From: Saprospiraceae bacterium | GTDB lineage: Bacteria > Bacteroidota > Bacteroidia > Chitinophagales > Saprospiraceae | Length of the DNA stretch: 64,000 bases | NCBI GenBank assembly: GCA_020628855.1 | Contig: JAHDEL010000006.1 | Location: 5,424 to 69,423, forward strand | Direction of reading: 5' to 3' | In this document: one piece after another, positions 10,285 through 20,112 of the stretch | Position numbering within the stretch: position 1 is the stretch's first letter | How the letters are laid out: each line of letters starts with the position of its first letter | The notes under the pieces: generated by a model | What the model was told of the DNA's origin: nothing | The model's database searches: none | Seen by the model: only the letters and a program-made list of their open reading frames with translations | Translations under genes and position numbers: made by a program

Positions 10285-11646
10285 ATGGCGATGACAGATT
10301 TGATTATGCCAAAAATGGGTGAAAGTATTATCGAAGCCACTATTTTGAATTGGGTCAAGAGCGTTGGCGATAGTGTTGAAGAAGATGAAACAATATTAGA
10401 AATCGCTACCGATAAAGTCGATTCAGAAATCCCATCTCCTGTGAATGGTGTAATTAAAGAGATTCTTTTTGAAAAGGATCAAGTTGTTGCTGTTGGGACA
10501 GTCATTGCGCGGATAGCTACTGAAGGAGAAGAAGTGGCAGAAGCACCTGCTGCAGCTAAAGATTCTCCCGCTGTGGAAACAATTGAGACAAGCACTCCCG
10601 AGCCAATAGAGCAAGTTCAACAATCTGTCCAAGTTGCCTCAGCTACAGCAGCACCAGAAATGCCAGTAGCATCGTCTGGTAGTATAAAAAGTGGAGAAAG
10701 ATTTTATTCGCCACTTGTAAAAAGCATAGCGAAACAAGAGGGTATTTCTCAACAAGAACTTGATTCAATTCCTGGGACCGGAGCTAATGGGAGAGTGACA
10801 AAGAAGGATATGAAACAGTATGTTGCGCAAAGAAGTAATAGGCCGACTCCGCAAATTTCTGCTAGTCCTATTGCACCTCAACAAACTTCGACTCAACCTA
10901 AGACTGCACCAGTAATGCCAAGTTTTGCGTCTTCAGGAGAAGATGAAATTGTCCAAATGGACAGAATGCGAAAGCTTATTGCTGATCACATGGTTATGTC
11001 CAAGCAGACATCACCACACGTCACCTCTTTTGTGGAAGTTGATGTTACAAACATTGTGAATTGGAGAAATAGAGTCAAGGCATCATTTCAAAAAGAATAT
11101 GGTGAGAAGATTACCTTCACACCGATCTTCATGGAAGCTGTTGCAAAGGCTATCAGAGACTTCCCAATGATCAATGTCTCAGTTGATGGAGATAAGATTA
11201 TAGTGAAAAAGAATATAAATATTGGGATGGCCACAGCATTACCTTCTGGCAATCTTATCGTCCCAGTAATAAAGAATGCTGATTACTTGAGTTTGGCAGG
11301 GTTGACTAAGTCAGTCAATGACCTAGCCGGAAGAGCTAGACAGAATAAGTTAAAACCTGATGAAATTCAAGGAGGTACTTTCACATTAACCAATGTTGGA
11401 ACGTTTGGAAATGTGATGGGCACCCCAATAATTAATCAGCCTCAAGTAGCAATTCTTGCAGTTGGAGCAATTAGAAAAAAACCAGCAGTTGTAGAAACAG
11501 AATATGGTGATCTTATTGCTGTAAGGCAAATGATGTTTTGCTCATTGAGCTATGACCATAGAGTTGTTGACGGATTCTTGGGAGGTTCTTTCTTGAGAAA
11601 AGTTGGTGATTATCTTGAAGCATTTGACCCAAATCAAACAATTTAG
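10285..11646 (+). CDS. 2-oxoacid dehydrogenase E2 component (dihydrolipoamide acyltransferase)
   Basis: Lipoyl domain with ATDKV; Ala/Pro/Ser-rich linkers; E3-binding domain SPLVKSIAKQEGI; catalytic DHRVVDG. Confidence 0.9.
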   Translation: MAMTDLIMPKMGESIIEATILNWVKSVGDSVEEDETILEIATDKVDSEIPSPVNGVIKEILFEKDQVVAVGTVIARIATEGEEVAEAPAAAKDSPAVETIETSTPEPIEQVQQSVQVASATAAPEMPVASSGSIKSGERFYSPLVKSIAKQEGISQQELDSIPGTGANGRVTKKDMKQYVAQRSNRPTPQISASPIAPQQTSTQPKTAPVMPSFASSGEDEIVQMDRMRKLIADHMVMSKQTSPHVTSFVEVDVTNIVNWRNRVKASFQKEYGEKITFTPIFMEAVAKAIRDFPMINVSVDGDKIIVKKNINIGMATALPSGNLIVPVIKNADYLSLAGLTKSVNDLAGRARQNKLKPDEIQGGTFTLTNVGTFGNVMGTPIINQPQVAILAVGAIRKKPAVVETEYGDLIAVRQMMFCSLSYDHRVVDGFLGGSFLRKVGDYLEAFDPNQTI

Positions 11647-11659
11647 TAGTTAAGAAGAT

Positions 11660-14077
11660 ATGACTATGAGACAATTAATATTATCGTTATTAGCATTCAG
11701 TATAACTAGTACTTGCTGTTGGTCTCAAAATCTATCTAGTCTTGAAGATGCATTTGACCAAGGTCAATACAGCACAATAATAGAAGCATTACAAGGCAAT
11801 AGTCAGGTAAAAAATGATAAGTCCTTAGTCTACCTCAGAGGTAGAGCCTACACGGAGTTAGGTATGACCTCTCGATCTTTATCGGATCTTGCTAGAGCCA
11901 GAACACTAGGCGTTGATGATAATTTATTGAACCTCTATATTGCAAAAACATATCACAGAGAGGGCAAATATCAGAAGGCTATTCAATGGTATAAGACCTA
12001 CTTAACAACATTAAAGAAGAAAGAAAGAAATAGACAAGAAGAGGTGTTCAATGCCATTAGTCAATGTGTATATGCGCAATCTTCAATGCTTGATCCCGAT
12101 GTTATTTTGGAGATTCCTAATGGAAGTATTAATACAGTCAGAGATGAACTCAGACCAGTATTTTCAAGATCAGCAAGTAATGTAATTTACTTCTCAGAAC
12201 ACCAACATAATACTACTTCGATTAACGGTGCAAGTTTTAGTGATGATGTTTGGGAAAGAATTAATTTGCTTCCGTCAAGTATTAATGCAAAAGGGTCGAA
12301 TATGCTTTATGATCTGAGTGGAGATGGTCAAGTATTATTCTTTGAAAGTGCGCAGGATGGGAAGGTGTATAGCCTTTACAATAAGAAATACAAACCAGAA
12401 AAAAACTACTTCTTTCAGGCACCATATTTTCCACATCTGGGTGATTGTGACTTGCAAATTGTTGATGATAAGACAATTGTATTTGCAAGTAGAAGACCCG
12501 ATTCATATGGTGGATATGATCTTTATATTTCAAAATATATGACAGGGTTGTGGTCTGAGCCAAAGAACCTTGGACCAAATGTCAATAGCCAATTTGATGA
12601 GCGTTCACCGTTTCTCACATCGGATGGTAAGAAAGTCTATTTTAGCAGTAATCGAGCAGAGTCTTTAGGCGGTTTTGATGTCTTTCGTTGTGAATTATCC
12701 AGAAATAAGTATGGATGGACAACACCTGCTAATTTGAAAGCGCCTATCAACAGCCCTGCAGATGATTTGCATTTTAGAGTTGATGGTAATGGTCTGAGAT
12801 CATGTTTCTCTTCTAATAGAAGTACGACTCAAGGCGGATTTGATATTATTGTGGCATATTTCAATAAGCCAGTTAGTACAGCAATAGTTGATGCAAGCCA
12901 TCTTGAATATATCAAATACGAAGTGGATAGTCAGCCGCAATCAGCGGTGGCAAAAGTGGACTCGCAGAATAAGACATCTCAAGTTAAAACAGAGAAGAGT
13001 TCTGAGTCTTCTGTAGCATCCACAAACAAGAAGAAAGAAGAAGCAAAAGTCAGGCAACCGATTAACACTTCGCCTGTTAAGCAAGGTGAAGAGCAGCCAA
13101 GTAATATTGGTGAACAGAGCAATAAGAATTCGAAAAAAGTCGAGGATATAGCTGAGGCAGGAGTTGATCAAATCGACAAATCAAAGCAACAGGCAAAAGA
13201 AGAGAGGCAATCTGACCCTGCAGGTATTCTAGTGTCTGAAAAGGAAAAGCGAAAACCCGAATCGACACATCAGAGTAGATATACTCCTGATGAAGACTTA
13301 GATCTGGAAGAAGATTTTGAAGAACTGAAGAGTAATACTATTGAGATTCCGACCTTGTACTATTCAGAAGAATCAGATCTTTTTGATGCAGGCAATACAG
13401 AGAAGCTAGACTTCATAGTAAATCAGGTCAAAAAGTTACCCAAAGATGTTACGGTAGAAATTACGAACTATACTCATAAAGCTGCAAGAAGAGAGTACGA
13501 ATTGTTTTTTGCAATTAACCAAGCAGATTTGATAGTGGACTATTTGGAGGATAATGGTATCAAGAAAGAGAGACTCATTGTGAATTCAGTTGGAAGCTCT
13601 TACCCTAAGGCACATACAATGCTAGGCGGTAAAGAGAACCCAGATCACGTGGCAGTAAATCAACGCATTGAGTTTGTATATTATAATACTCCAAGACAAT
13701 ATGCGCTGAATTATGAAGACAAGGAATTACCGCATTATGCTAAATCAAGAAAGTATGATCTCTTCAGAACAGTAAAGGATGAAGTACATTATCGTATACA
13801 ATTTGCTGAAACATCGCACGTCTTTAAAAATATCATTCTAAGTTATTACGATGATATCATCATTACTCGAGATTATAAATTTGATCGGTATATCTATAGT
13901 GTTGGTTTTCTAGAAACTTACAGAGAAGCTTTAGAACTTCAGAAAAAGTTGGAACAAAAGAATCTAAAGGATACGAAGATCAAGCCATATCTAGGATCAG
14001 TGCCACTCACAATGAAAAAAGCAATAGATAAATCAAGTGAGTACCCTAACTTAAGACCATATATTAATGCAAATTAA
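11660..14077 (+). CDS. multidomain envelope protein: TPR + TolB-like (PD40) repeats + OmpA-like domain + SPOR-like tail
   Basis: Signal peptide; TPR-like N-terminus; repeated DERSPFLTSDGKKVYFSSNR / DDLHFRVDG...CFSSNR PD40 motifs; a K/E/Q/S-rich linker; an OmpA-like region (NQRIEF). Confidence 0.7.
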   Translation: MTMRQLILSLLAFSITSTCCWSQNLSSLEDAFDQGQYSTIIEALQGNSQVKNDKSLVYLRGRAYTELGMTSRSLSDLARARTLGVDDNLLNLYIAKTYHREGKYQKAIQWYKTYLTTLKKKERNRQEEVFNAISQCVYAQSSMLDPDVILEIPNGSINTVRDELRPVFSRSASNVIYFSEHQHNTTSINGASFSDDVWERINLLPSSINAKGSNMLYDLSGDGQVLFFESAQDGKVYSLYNKKYKPEKNYFFQAPYFPHLGDCDLQIVDDKTIVFASRRPDSYGGYDLYISKYMTGLWSEPKNLGPNVNSQFDERSPFLTSDGKKVYFSSNRAESLGGFDVFRCELSRNKYGWTTPANLKAPINSPADDLHFRVDGNGLRSCFSSNRSTTQGGFDIIVAYFNKPVSTAIVDASHLEYIKYEVDSQPQSAVAKVDSQNKTSQVKTEKSSESSVASTNKKKEEAKVRQPINTSPVKQGEEQPSNIGEQSNKNSKKVEDIAEAGVDQIDKSKQQAKEERQSDPAGILVSEKEKRKPESTHQSRYTPDEDLDLEEDFEELKSNTIEIPTLYYSEESDLFDAGNTEKLDFIVNQVKKLPKDVTVEITNYTHKAARREYELFFAINQADLIVDYLEDNGIKKERLIVNSVGSSYPKAHTMLGGKENPDHVAVNQRIEFVYYNTPRQYALNYEDKELPHYAKSRKYDLFRTVKDEVHYRIQFAETSHVFKNIILSYYDDIIITRDYKFDRYIYSVGFLETYREALELQKKLEQKNLKDTKIKPYLGSVPLTMKKAIDKSSEYPNLRPYINAN

Positions 14078-15254
14078 TCCGTTGAGAAGTAGAACCAGTA
14101 AGTGAAGTTTTAGATCCTTGCCATTCTAAATCTACATGTACAATGCCCGGTTGTTTACCAATGTTGAATGTGCCGAGTGAATCAGAAAGGGATAACGCTT
14201 CAGCTCCATTCAGAGTGGCCCATTTCAACAATGTTTTTAAGTCCAAGTAGCTGTTATATTTTTTAATCGTTTTGATCTCCTCCCAAACACTCAATTGCCA
14301 GTTAGATGTCAAGCTATCTGTGCCAATGCAGACTTTCGAGTCAGCATCTAGGAAAGCTTGATAATTAGGGAGAGAGTTTTCAATATATAAGTTAGCATTT
14401 GGACAGCTGGCCCAATACACATTTGGAGACCATTCTTGGGCTGCCATCAAATCTTCTTTACTAGTTAGTGTATTGTGTACGAAGAGTGTCTTGAATTCAG
14501 GAGATAAATGCTCAATCAAATAATGAATAGAGCTTTTTCCAATAGCTATATTGTTGTTCAACTCGAAACCAAACCCCTTATAGAAAGCGTGAAACGGACC
14601 TGTTCCATGGAAGAATAACTCATTTTCTGCCGGCGTCTCTTGGTTGTGGACACTGATTGTCGAGCCTCTTGGATTGGACTTATTAACATGCTTCAATAAG
14701 GATGTTGTTACTGTATAAGGAGCGTGTGGAACATAAGAGCATTGTTGTTTCTCTGATGTTGTAAATTCGCTATGTACAGCTTGATATTGCTCAATGGTTG
14801 ATTGAGTCATTGAGGACTGCATAAAATCAAACATTTCAACGAAAGTATAATATTTGATATCGCTGAGTTCTTTAGTTTGGAATGTGTGAGATGTATTGCT
14901 AATGTCACCTACAGCCACAATACCACTTGCCTGCATTGCCGAATCTTGATCTCGAATAGCTTGATGAATCACTTCTAATGTCGACTCTCTCAGCGTCACT
15001 ACTTTTTGGAGAAAAGGTAATAGCCCAGTCCCTGTATCCACTGTGCCCTTCAAATGAGAAAGTTCGAGGTGGCAATGAGCATTTACCATTCCAGGAAAGA
15101 GTATGCCTCTATAATGTTTCGTACTCACAGTTAAGGACGATTTTTTCCCAATCTCATGTACTCTTCCTTCTTTATCAATAGCAATGTATCCATCTTCTAT
15201 TGGATCACTTGATATAGGGAATAGACAATCTGCACTCAGATATTCTAGTGACAT
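14064..15254 (-). CDS. amidohydrolase family protein (chlorohydrolase/deaminase-like)
   Basis: Metal-binding motif MVNAHCHLELSHL, and later CIGTDSLTSN. Confidence 0.75.
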   Translation of the reverse strand: MSLEYLSADCLFPISSDPIEDGYIAIDKEGRVHEIGKKSSLTVSTKHYRGILFPGMVNAHCHLELSHLKGTVDTGTGLLPFLQKVVTLRESTLEVIHQAIRDQDSAMQASGIVAVGDISNTSHTFQTKELSDIKYYTFVEMFDFMQSSMTQSTIEQYQAVHSEFTTSEKQQCSYVPHAPYTVTTSLLKHVNKSNPRGSTISVHNQETPAENELFFHGTGPFHAFYKGFGFELNNNIAIGKSSIHYLIEHLSPEFKTLFVHNTLTSKEDLMAAQEWSPNVYWASCPNANLYIENSLPNYQAFLDADSKVCIGTDSLTSNWQLSVWEEIKTIKKYNSYLDLKTLLKWATLNGAEALSLSDSLGTFNIGKQPGIVHVDLEWQGSKTSLTGSTSQRINLH

Positions 15255-15257
15255 AAG

Positions 15258-16343
15258 TTAGAGTTTTTGGACTACCAGTGCATTCCTCATTCGAGGTTCG
15301 AAAAATGTACTCTTAGGAGCAACAACACTTCCTCTATCTAAGAGCTTTGTTAAGCGCTTGAATGTAACTGCAGGAAAGTAGAAACCAATCTTTGCGTTGT
15401 CCTTATGTATGGTTTTTAAGGTAGATTGTATAGAATTATCTCCTTGGATATATTCAATAGATTCGATATCGTTTTGTAATACCTGATCAATCACATAAGT
15501 ATTAAAAAGATCCATACTCTCACTGTCTTCTTTAACGTATGCTTTTTTCCATTTTGCTTTCCACCAACTATTATGGTAGTACATCATCAGTTCTTTTCTC
15601 GAAGTAGGTTGTTCAAAGGCATCTACTTCTTTCAGATCCATATATTCTCCAAGATCCTCGATCAATTTTACCTCAGAAAGTACTTTGTGAAATTTAACAA
15701 TTCTATTATACGGTCTGATGATAAGATCATCAAATGAGAAAAAGGCTGTCAAGAGTTTACCATATTTCTTCTCATCTTCTTGTATTAAATGCCTAATTGA
15801 AAAACAACGATGATGTCCATCTGCTATGTATGCCTTGGTAATTTCAGTTTTGAAGATTTGCTTGAGAGACTTAATTGCATTTTCATCATTGATTGGGTAG
15901 AGTGTGTGAACTTCATCTTCACCATAAGCATAGTCAATGGACTCATTACCACCGTGTTCACGAACCCATTTAGACAGGTTTTTGTTTCCAGGGATAGTTA
16001 ATAAAACAGGCTTGATGTTAGCACTTCTTTCTTTGATGAGCTGCATCATTAACTCTTCTTTCTCTTTGAGAGTATGTTCGTGGCGAATCACATTCCCATT
16101 GAGTATCTCATTAGAGTTAATACAGCAAAGAATGCCGCGATGTAGGCGACCATTAAATTTGATTTCGTAGATATAGACGTGATCTTCTTTTGAACTCTTT
16201 AATAATCCAGCATTGTCATATTCTAAAAATCTTGACTTTGCTTTTGAGAAAAAAGTACTGAAATCTTCAATTTTAGTCTTGTTTGGTAGCGTTGGTTTGA
16301 AGGGATGAATCTTCATAATTAGAGCGTCCAATATTTTATGCAA
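15258..16343 (-). CDS. DUF1015 family protein
   Basis: YIADGHHRCFS motif and about 360 aa length. Confidence 0.75.
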   Translation of the reverse strand: MHKILDALIMKIHPFKPTLPNKTKIEDFSTFFSKAKSRFLEYDNAGLLKSSKEDHVYIYEIKFNGRLHRGILCCINSNEILNGNVIRHEHTLKEKEELMMQLIKERSANIKPVLLTIPGNKNLSKWVREHGGNESIDYAYGEDEVHTLYPINDENAIKSLKQIFKTEITKAYIADGHHRCFSIRHLIQEDEKKYGKLLTAFFSFDDLIIRPYNRIVKFHKVLSEVKLIEDLGEYMDLKEVDAFEQPTSRKELMMYYHNSWWKAKWKKAYVKEDSESMDLFNTYVIDQVLQNDIESIEYIQGDNSIQSTLKTIHKDNAKIGFYFPAVTFKRLTKLLDRGSVVAPKSTFFEPRMRNALVVQKL

Positions 16344-16367
16344 GATGCAAAAACTATTTCAATTGCT

Positions 16368-16865
16368 CTACTTTAATTTGAAATAGCTGGAGACTATAAA
16401 ATTTGGGTTCTCTTTGACTATGTTTTGGAGGGCTGAATCTGCTTTTTTTGAAAAACTCTCAATAGATTCAATCATTTTGACAAACTCAGAAGAATTTTGA
16501 CATTGTGGTTGTAAGTGTGCAAGAGTTTCTAGGCTCTCTAATAAAGGGTCTAATTCCTTTTTTCTTCTGTGCTTCACTATTTGGCAGAATACTTTCCACA
16601 TATCTTTTTCTGCGACAAAGTATTCTTTGCGTTTCTCTGTAACATGATCGATTTGTGCTAACTCCCAATCGAGAAGTATTCTGAGGTTGGTATTAGCGCT
16701 GCCTCTTGAGATTTTTAATTCTTCCATGATTTCATCAGCGCAAACTGGTACACAATTGATAAGAAGCAGCCCATGTATCTGAGCAAGAATCCTATTGACA
16801 CCCCAATTGATGCCAAATTCTCCCCAGTTTTTAATAAATTTTAACCTTGCTTCTTTATAATCCAT
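16368..16865 (-). CDS. GbsR/MarR-type winged-helix transcriptional regulator
   Basis: 165 aa with the wHTH pattern ISRGSANTNLRILLDWELA. Confidence 0.6.
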   Translation of the reverse strand: MDYKEARLKFIKNWGEFGINWGVNRILAQIHGLLLINCVPVCADEIMEELKISRGSANTNLRILLDWELAQIDHVTEKRKEYFVAEKDMWKVFCQIVKHRRKKELDPLLESLETLAHLQPQCQNSSEFVKMIESIESFSKKADSALQNIVKENPNFIVSSYFKLK

Positions 16866-16908
16866 ACCAGAATCTTCTATAGCATAATGCTAGACAAGCT
16901 GATAATGT

Positions 16909-18015
16909 TTAGACAAACGGCAATTTTACGATTTGGGCTTCGTAGGATTTTTTTCTGATCCCGATCTTGATTTTATCTATAGATAGCTTAGTAGCTTCAA
17001 TATAACCCATACCTATCGGCTCCTCTAAGCTTGGAGACATTGTACCTGAAGTTACTTCCCCAATAACTTTGTCATCCATATTCAGAATAGTATAACCTTG
17101 TCTTGGGATTCGGCGCTCAAACATCTTAAACCCAATCAGTTTCTTCTTTACACCTTCTGTTCTTTGCTGCTGAAAGATTGCTTTGCTGAAGAAGTCAGAA
17201 CCTTTTTTAGTCTTAACTATCCATCCAAGTCCGGCCTCAATAGGAGAGATGTCATCACCAAGTTCATGGCCATATAAACAATATCCTTTTTCGAGTCTCA
17301 ATGTGTCTCTTGCTCCTAGGCCTGCAGCCTTTAGACCATAAGACTCACCTTGTTTCATAATAGCACTCCATATTTTTTGACTATGGCTACTATCGAAGTA
17401 TAACTCGAATCCTCCTGCTCCAGTGTATCCAGTTGCAGAAATCAATACATTATCACAATCAGCAACACTGCCCTTGGTGAAATGATAAAATGGAATTGAT
17501 CCTAAATCGGTATCAGTTAAATGTTGTAGAACCTCACTAGCCTTTGGTCCTTGTAAAGCAAGCAGACTGGTTTGTTTTGAGATGTCAATGAGTCTTGTAT
17601 CATAATTATTGGCGGCATTAATCCAATTCCAATCTTTCTCAATATTCGAAGCATTAACTACAAGCATAAATGCTTGCTCACCTTCCGCACACTGATCATT
17701 AAATAACCTATACACAATCAGGTCATCTATAACACCACCATTTGCATTTGGAAAGCAACTATATTGGGCCTCTCCAGGATTAAGTTTCGCAGCATTGTTG
17801 CTTGTCACCTTCTGAACAAGGTCGAGCGCTTCTTTGCCTTTTACAATAAATTGACCCATGTGAGACACGTCAAAAAGACCAGCCGTCTTTCTAACTGCAA
17901 GATGCTCATCGGTTATTGATGTATAAGAGACTGGCATCTCAAAGCCGGCAAAAGGTACCATTTTGGCTCCTAATGCATTGTGAATATCATAAAAGGGGGT
18001 TCTTTGCTCCATCAA
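16909..18015 (-). CDS. gcvT: glycine cleavage system aminomethyltransferase GcvT
   Basis: FDVSHMGQF, GYTGAGGFE and ARDTLRLEKG motifs. Confidence 0.95.
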   Translation of the reverse strand: MMEQRTPFYDIHNALGAKMVPFAGFEMPVSYTSITDEHLAVRKTAGLFDVSHMGQFIVKGKEALDLVQKVTSNNAAKLNPGEAQYSCFPNANGGVIDDLIVYRLFNDQCAEGEQAFMLVVNASNIEKDWNWINAANNYDTRLIDISKQTSLLALQGPKASEVLQHLTDTDLGSIPFYHFTKGSVADCDNVLISATGYTGAGGFELYFDSSHSQKIWSAIMKQGESYGLKAAGLGARDTLRLEKGYCLYGHELGDDISPIEAGLGWIVKTKKGSDFFSKAIFQQQRTEGVKKKLIGFKMFERRIPRQGYTILNMDDKVIGEVTSGTMSPSLEEPIGMGYIEATKLSIDKIKIGIRKKSYEAQIVKLPFV

Positions 18016-20015
18016 TTTACTTTAATAATGTCAAGGATTGTATCTCCTTCTGTTATAGTATGAACGACATCCATGCCAGTCGATACCTTTCCAAATATGC
18101 TATATCTACCATCAAGATGTGGAGTTGGGCTGTGAGTCACAAACCACTGAGCAGACTCTGTGTGTGGGCCGGCAGAAGCCATTCCGACATAGCCTTCTGA
18201 ATTGTAATATGTTTTTGAAAATTCGCTGTTGATTGTATAATTCAAGCTTCCATAGCCATCTCCTCTTGTACACCCAGTCTGGATAACGAAATTAGGAACT
18301 ACTCTGTGGAAGATTTTTCCATCGTAGAAATCATCAACTACAAGTTCACTAAAATTAGAAACTGACTGCGGTGCTGAAGTCAATAATGGGTTAATATGAA
18401 AAACCCCTTTGGTTGTTTTGACAATGAAGTAAGTGCTATCACTGAGCGTATTCACCTCTTCCCAGTTCATTGGTCGAGAATCTAAGCTATAATCTAAATT
18501 TTGAGTAGTGTCATTGAGGATATTTAATGCTTCAAATACTGACTTATAAGTTTCGATGTCTCGAGGTAATGTGAGTGATTTTAGAGCCTGCCTCAAGAAA
18601 GTATCATTCTCAATTACAGTTGCGAAGTTAGGTTGAGAGAATACTGGCGTAATTTCGTAAAGCGCGCCCACATCTTTATCATCTACAATTTTTTCAACAA
18701 ACTCAAGAAGTTTCTTTCTTGCATATTTTGGCGAGGCGTTGAAGACTGCATCAAAATTATCAGAAGTGATAATCTTAGCTAATGAAGAAGCTATTGCTGT
18801 TTTGAGGATTGGCTGAGTTGTGGTATCAAAAACCGATTCTAACAGGGTGTAACTCTGAATGTCATGGCCAAGTGCACGTAGCAGAGCTGACTCAATGAAT
18901 TTTCCTGGTTTGGCTTTGAGTAAGTTAGTGACTTCGAATCTAGCTGCGTTCCTTGATTTTGAAAAGTAATAAGGTATCTGTTGGAAATATGCAGAATATA
19001 ACCTAGCAGCCGTCAAAGTATCTTGACTTGTTTTTGCTTTTTGTCGAATACTATTGTAGAGCTTGTCTCCTGTAGCAGATGCGTAGTATTGACAAACTGT
19101 TTTTCTAATATGGGGATTAGGATCAACAAGCAATTGAGACATCAATGTGTCATTATATGGAAATGCCTGTAAGGCTCTAATAGAGTTTATTTTGACGCGA
19201 TAATCATCATCAAGTTCTAGCGCATTTTTCAAAATTTGATACACATCAACATTTCCATTAGCATGTCGTAAAGCTAGTGCCAATGCCATTTTAACGTCTG
19301 TGTTCTTTTCTTTTACAAATTGGTTGGCTATCCTAAATTGATGGGGAGTTAGATTCAGGTTTTTTGTTCTTGAGAGGTAATGTGCTGCATATAGTCTTCC
19401 TTCAGAGGGAATAGACTCATTCAAGATGAATCCAACCATTTTTGCGGTGCCATCTTCCGAGTGAATCCCTCTTAAACCAAATCTGTAAATGGCTTTTGCT
19501 TGATTAATAATGAGATGACTATCAGTAGGGAGATATGTATTTGTGGTTGCAATAAACTTGAGAATAGACTCGTCACCAATTTTACCACAGGACTCCAAGA
19601 CTGCCCCATTTGTTGGGTTATCAACTGATGCAGTATCTCTTTGTTTGAATGCTGTGATCAAGAAGTCTGTATTATCAATATTACCTTGCTGACCAAGTGC
19701 GTAAATAAGCATTTCTCTTACAGCGCCGATTGTTTCATTCGATAGCATCCTATTCAAGATGTCTTCTGACCGAGAATCCTTAATAGATGCAAGAGATTCC
19801 GCAACAAGATAACGCTCAGTGATATTCTCCGAGTCTGCATATGATGCAAGGCTATCAATATTTTGACTAACTCTAAAATTGATAAGTTTTTGAACAGAAA
19901 TATCTTCAAATGAGACGCTTATAGATGTATTCTCTTTTGTGTTCGCAGGAACACAGCTTTGCTCTAGAGCAATCAAACAAACTAGAAGAAACAAAGTGTT
20001 TAGATGTAGTCTCAA
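18012..20015 (-). CDS. secreted HEAT-repeat protein fused to cyclophilin-type peptidyl-prolyl isomerase
   Basis: C-terminal FHRVVPNFVIQTG, GMASAGPHTESAQWFV and FGKV; about 480 aa of helical repeats before it; signal peptide. 4-nt overlap with gcvT. Confidence 0.8.
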   Translation of the reverse strand: MRLHLNTLFLLVCLIALEQSCVPANTKENTSISVSFEDISVQKLINFRVSQNIDSLASYADSENITERYLVAESLASIKDSRSEDILNRMLSNETIGAVREMLIYALGQQGNIDNTDFLITAFKQRDTASVDNPTNGAVLESCGKIGDESILKFIATTNTYLPTDSHLIINQAKAIYRFGLRGIHSEDGTAKMVGFILNESIPSEGRLYAAHYLSRTKNLNLTPHQFRIANQFVKEKNTDVKMALALALRHANGNVDVYQILKNALELDDDYRVKINSIRALQAFPYNDTLMSQLLVDPNPHIRKTVCQYYASATGDKLYNSIRQKAKTSQDTLTAARLYSAYFQQIPYYFSKSRNAARFEVTNLLKAKPGKFIESALLRALGHDIQSYTLLESVFDTTTQPILKTAIASSLAKIITSDNFDAVFNASPKYARKKLLEFVEKIVDDKDVGALYEITPVFSQPNFATVIENDTFLRQALKSLTLPRDIETYKSVFEALNILNDTTQNLDYSLDSRPMNWEEVNTLSDSTYFIVKTTKGVFHINPLLTSAPQSVSNFSELVVDDFYDGKIFHRVVPNFVIQTGCTRGDGYGSLNYTINSEFSKTYYNSEGYVGMASAGPHTESAQWFVTHSPTPHLDGRYSIFGKVSTGMDVVHTITEGDTILDIIKVN

Positions 20016-20112
20016 TACGATTCTTTACTAAAGTCTGAGGATAGTTTGCAAATGTAGTAGAGATTTAAGACTTTTAGGAAGGTAACACGGAAGTCAAAAT
20101 AAAATTTACAAG

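Noticed and set aside
10285-11646. Orphan E2 acyltransferase without adjacent E1/E3 genes
   Set aside because: From memory, dispersed 2-oxoacid dehydrogenase genes are not unusual in Bacteroidota. The ORF itself is canonical.
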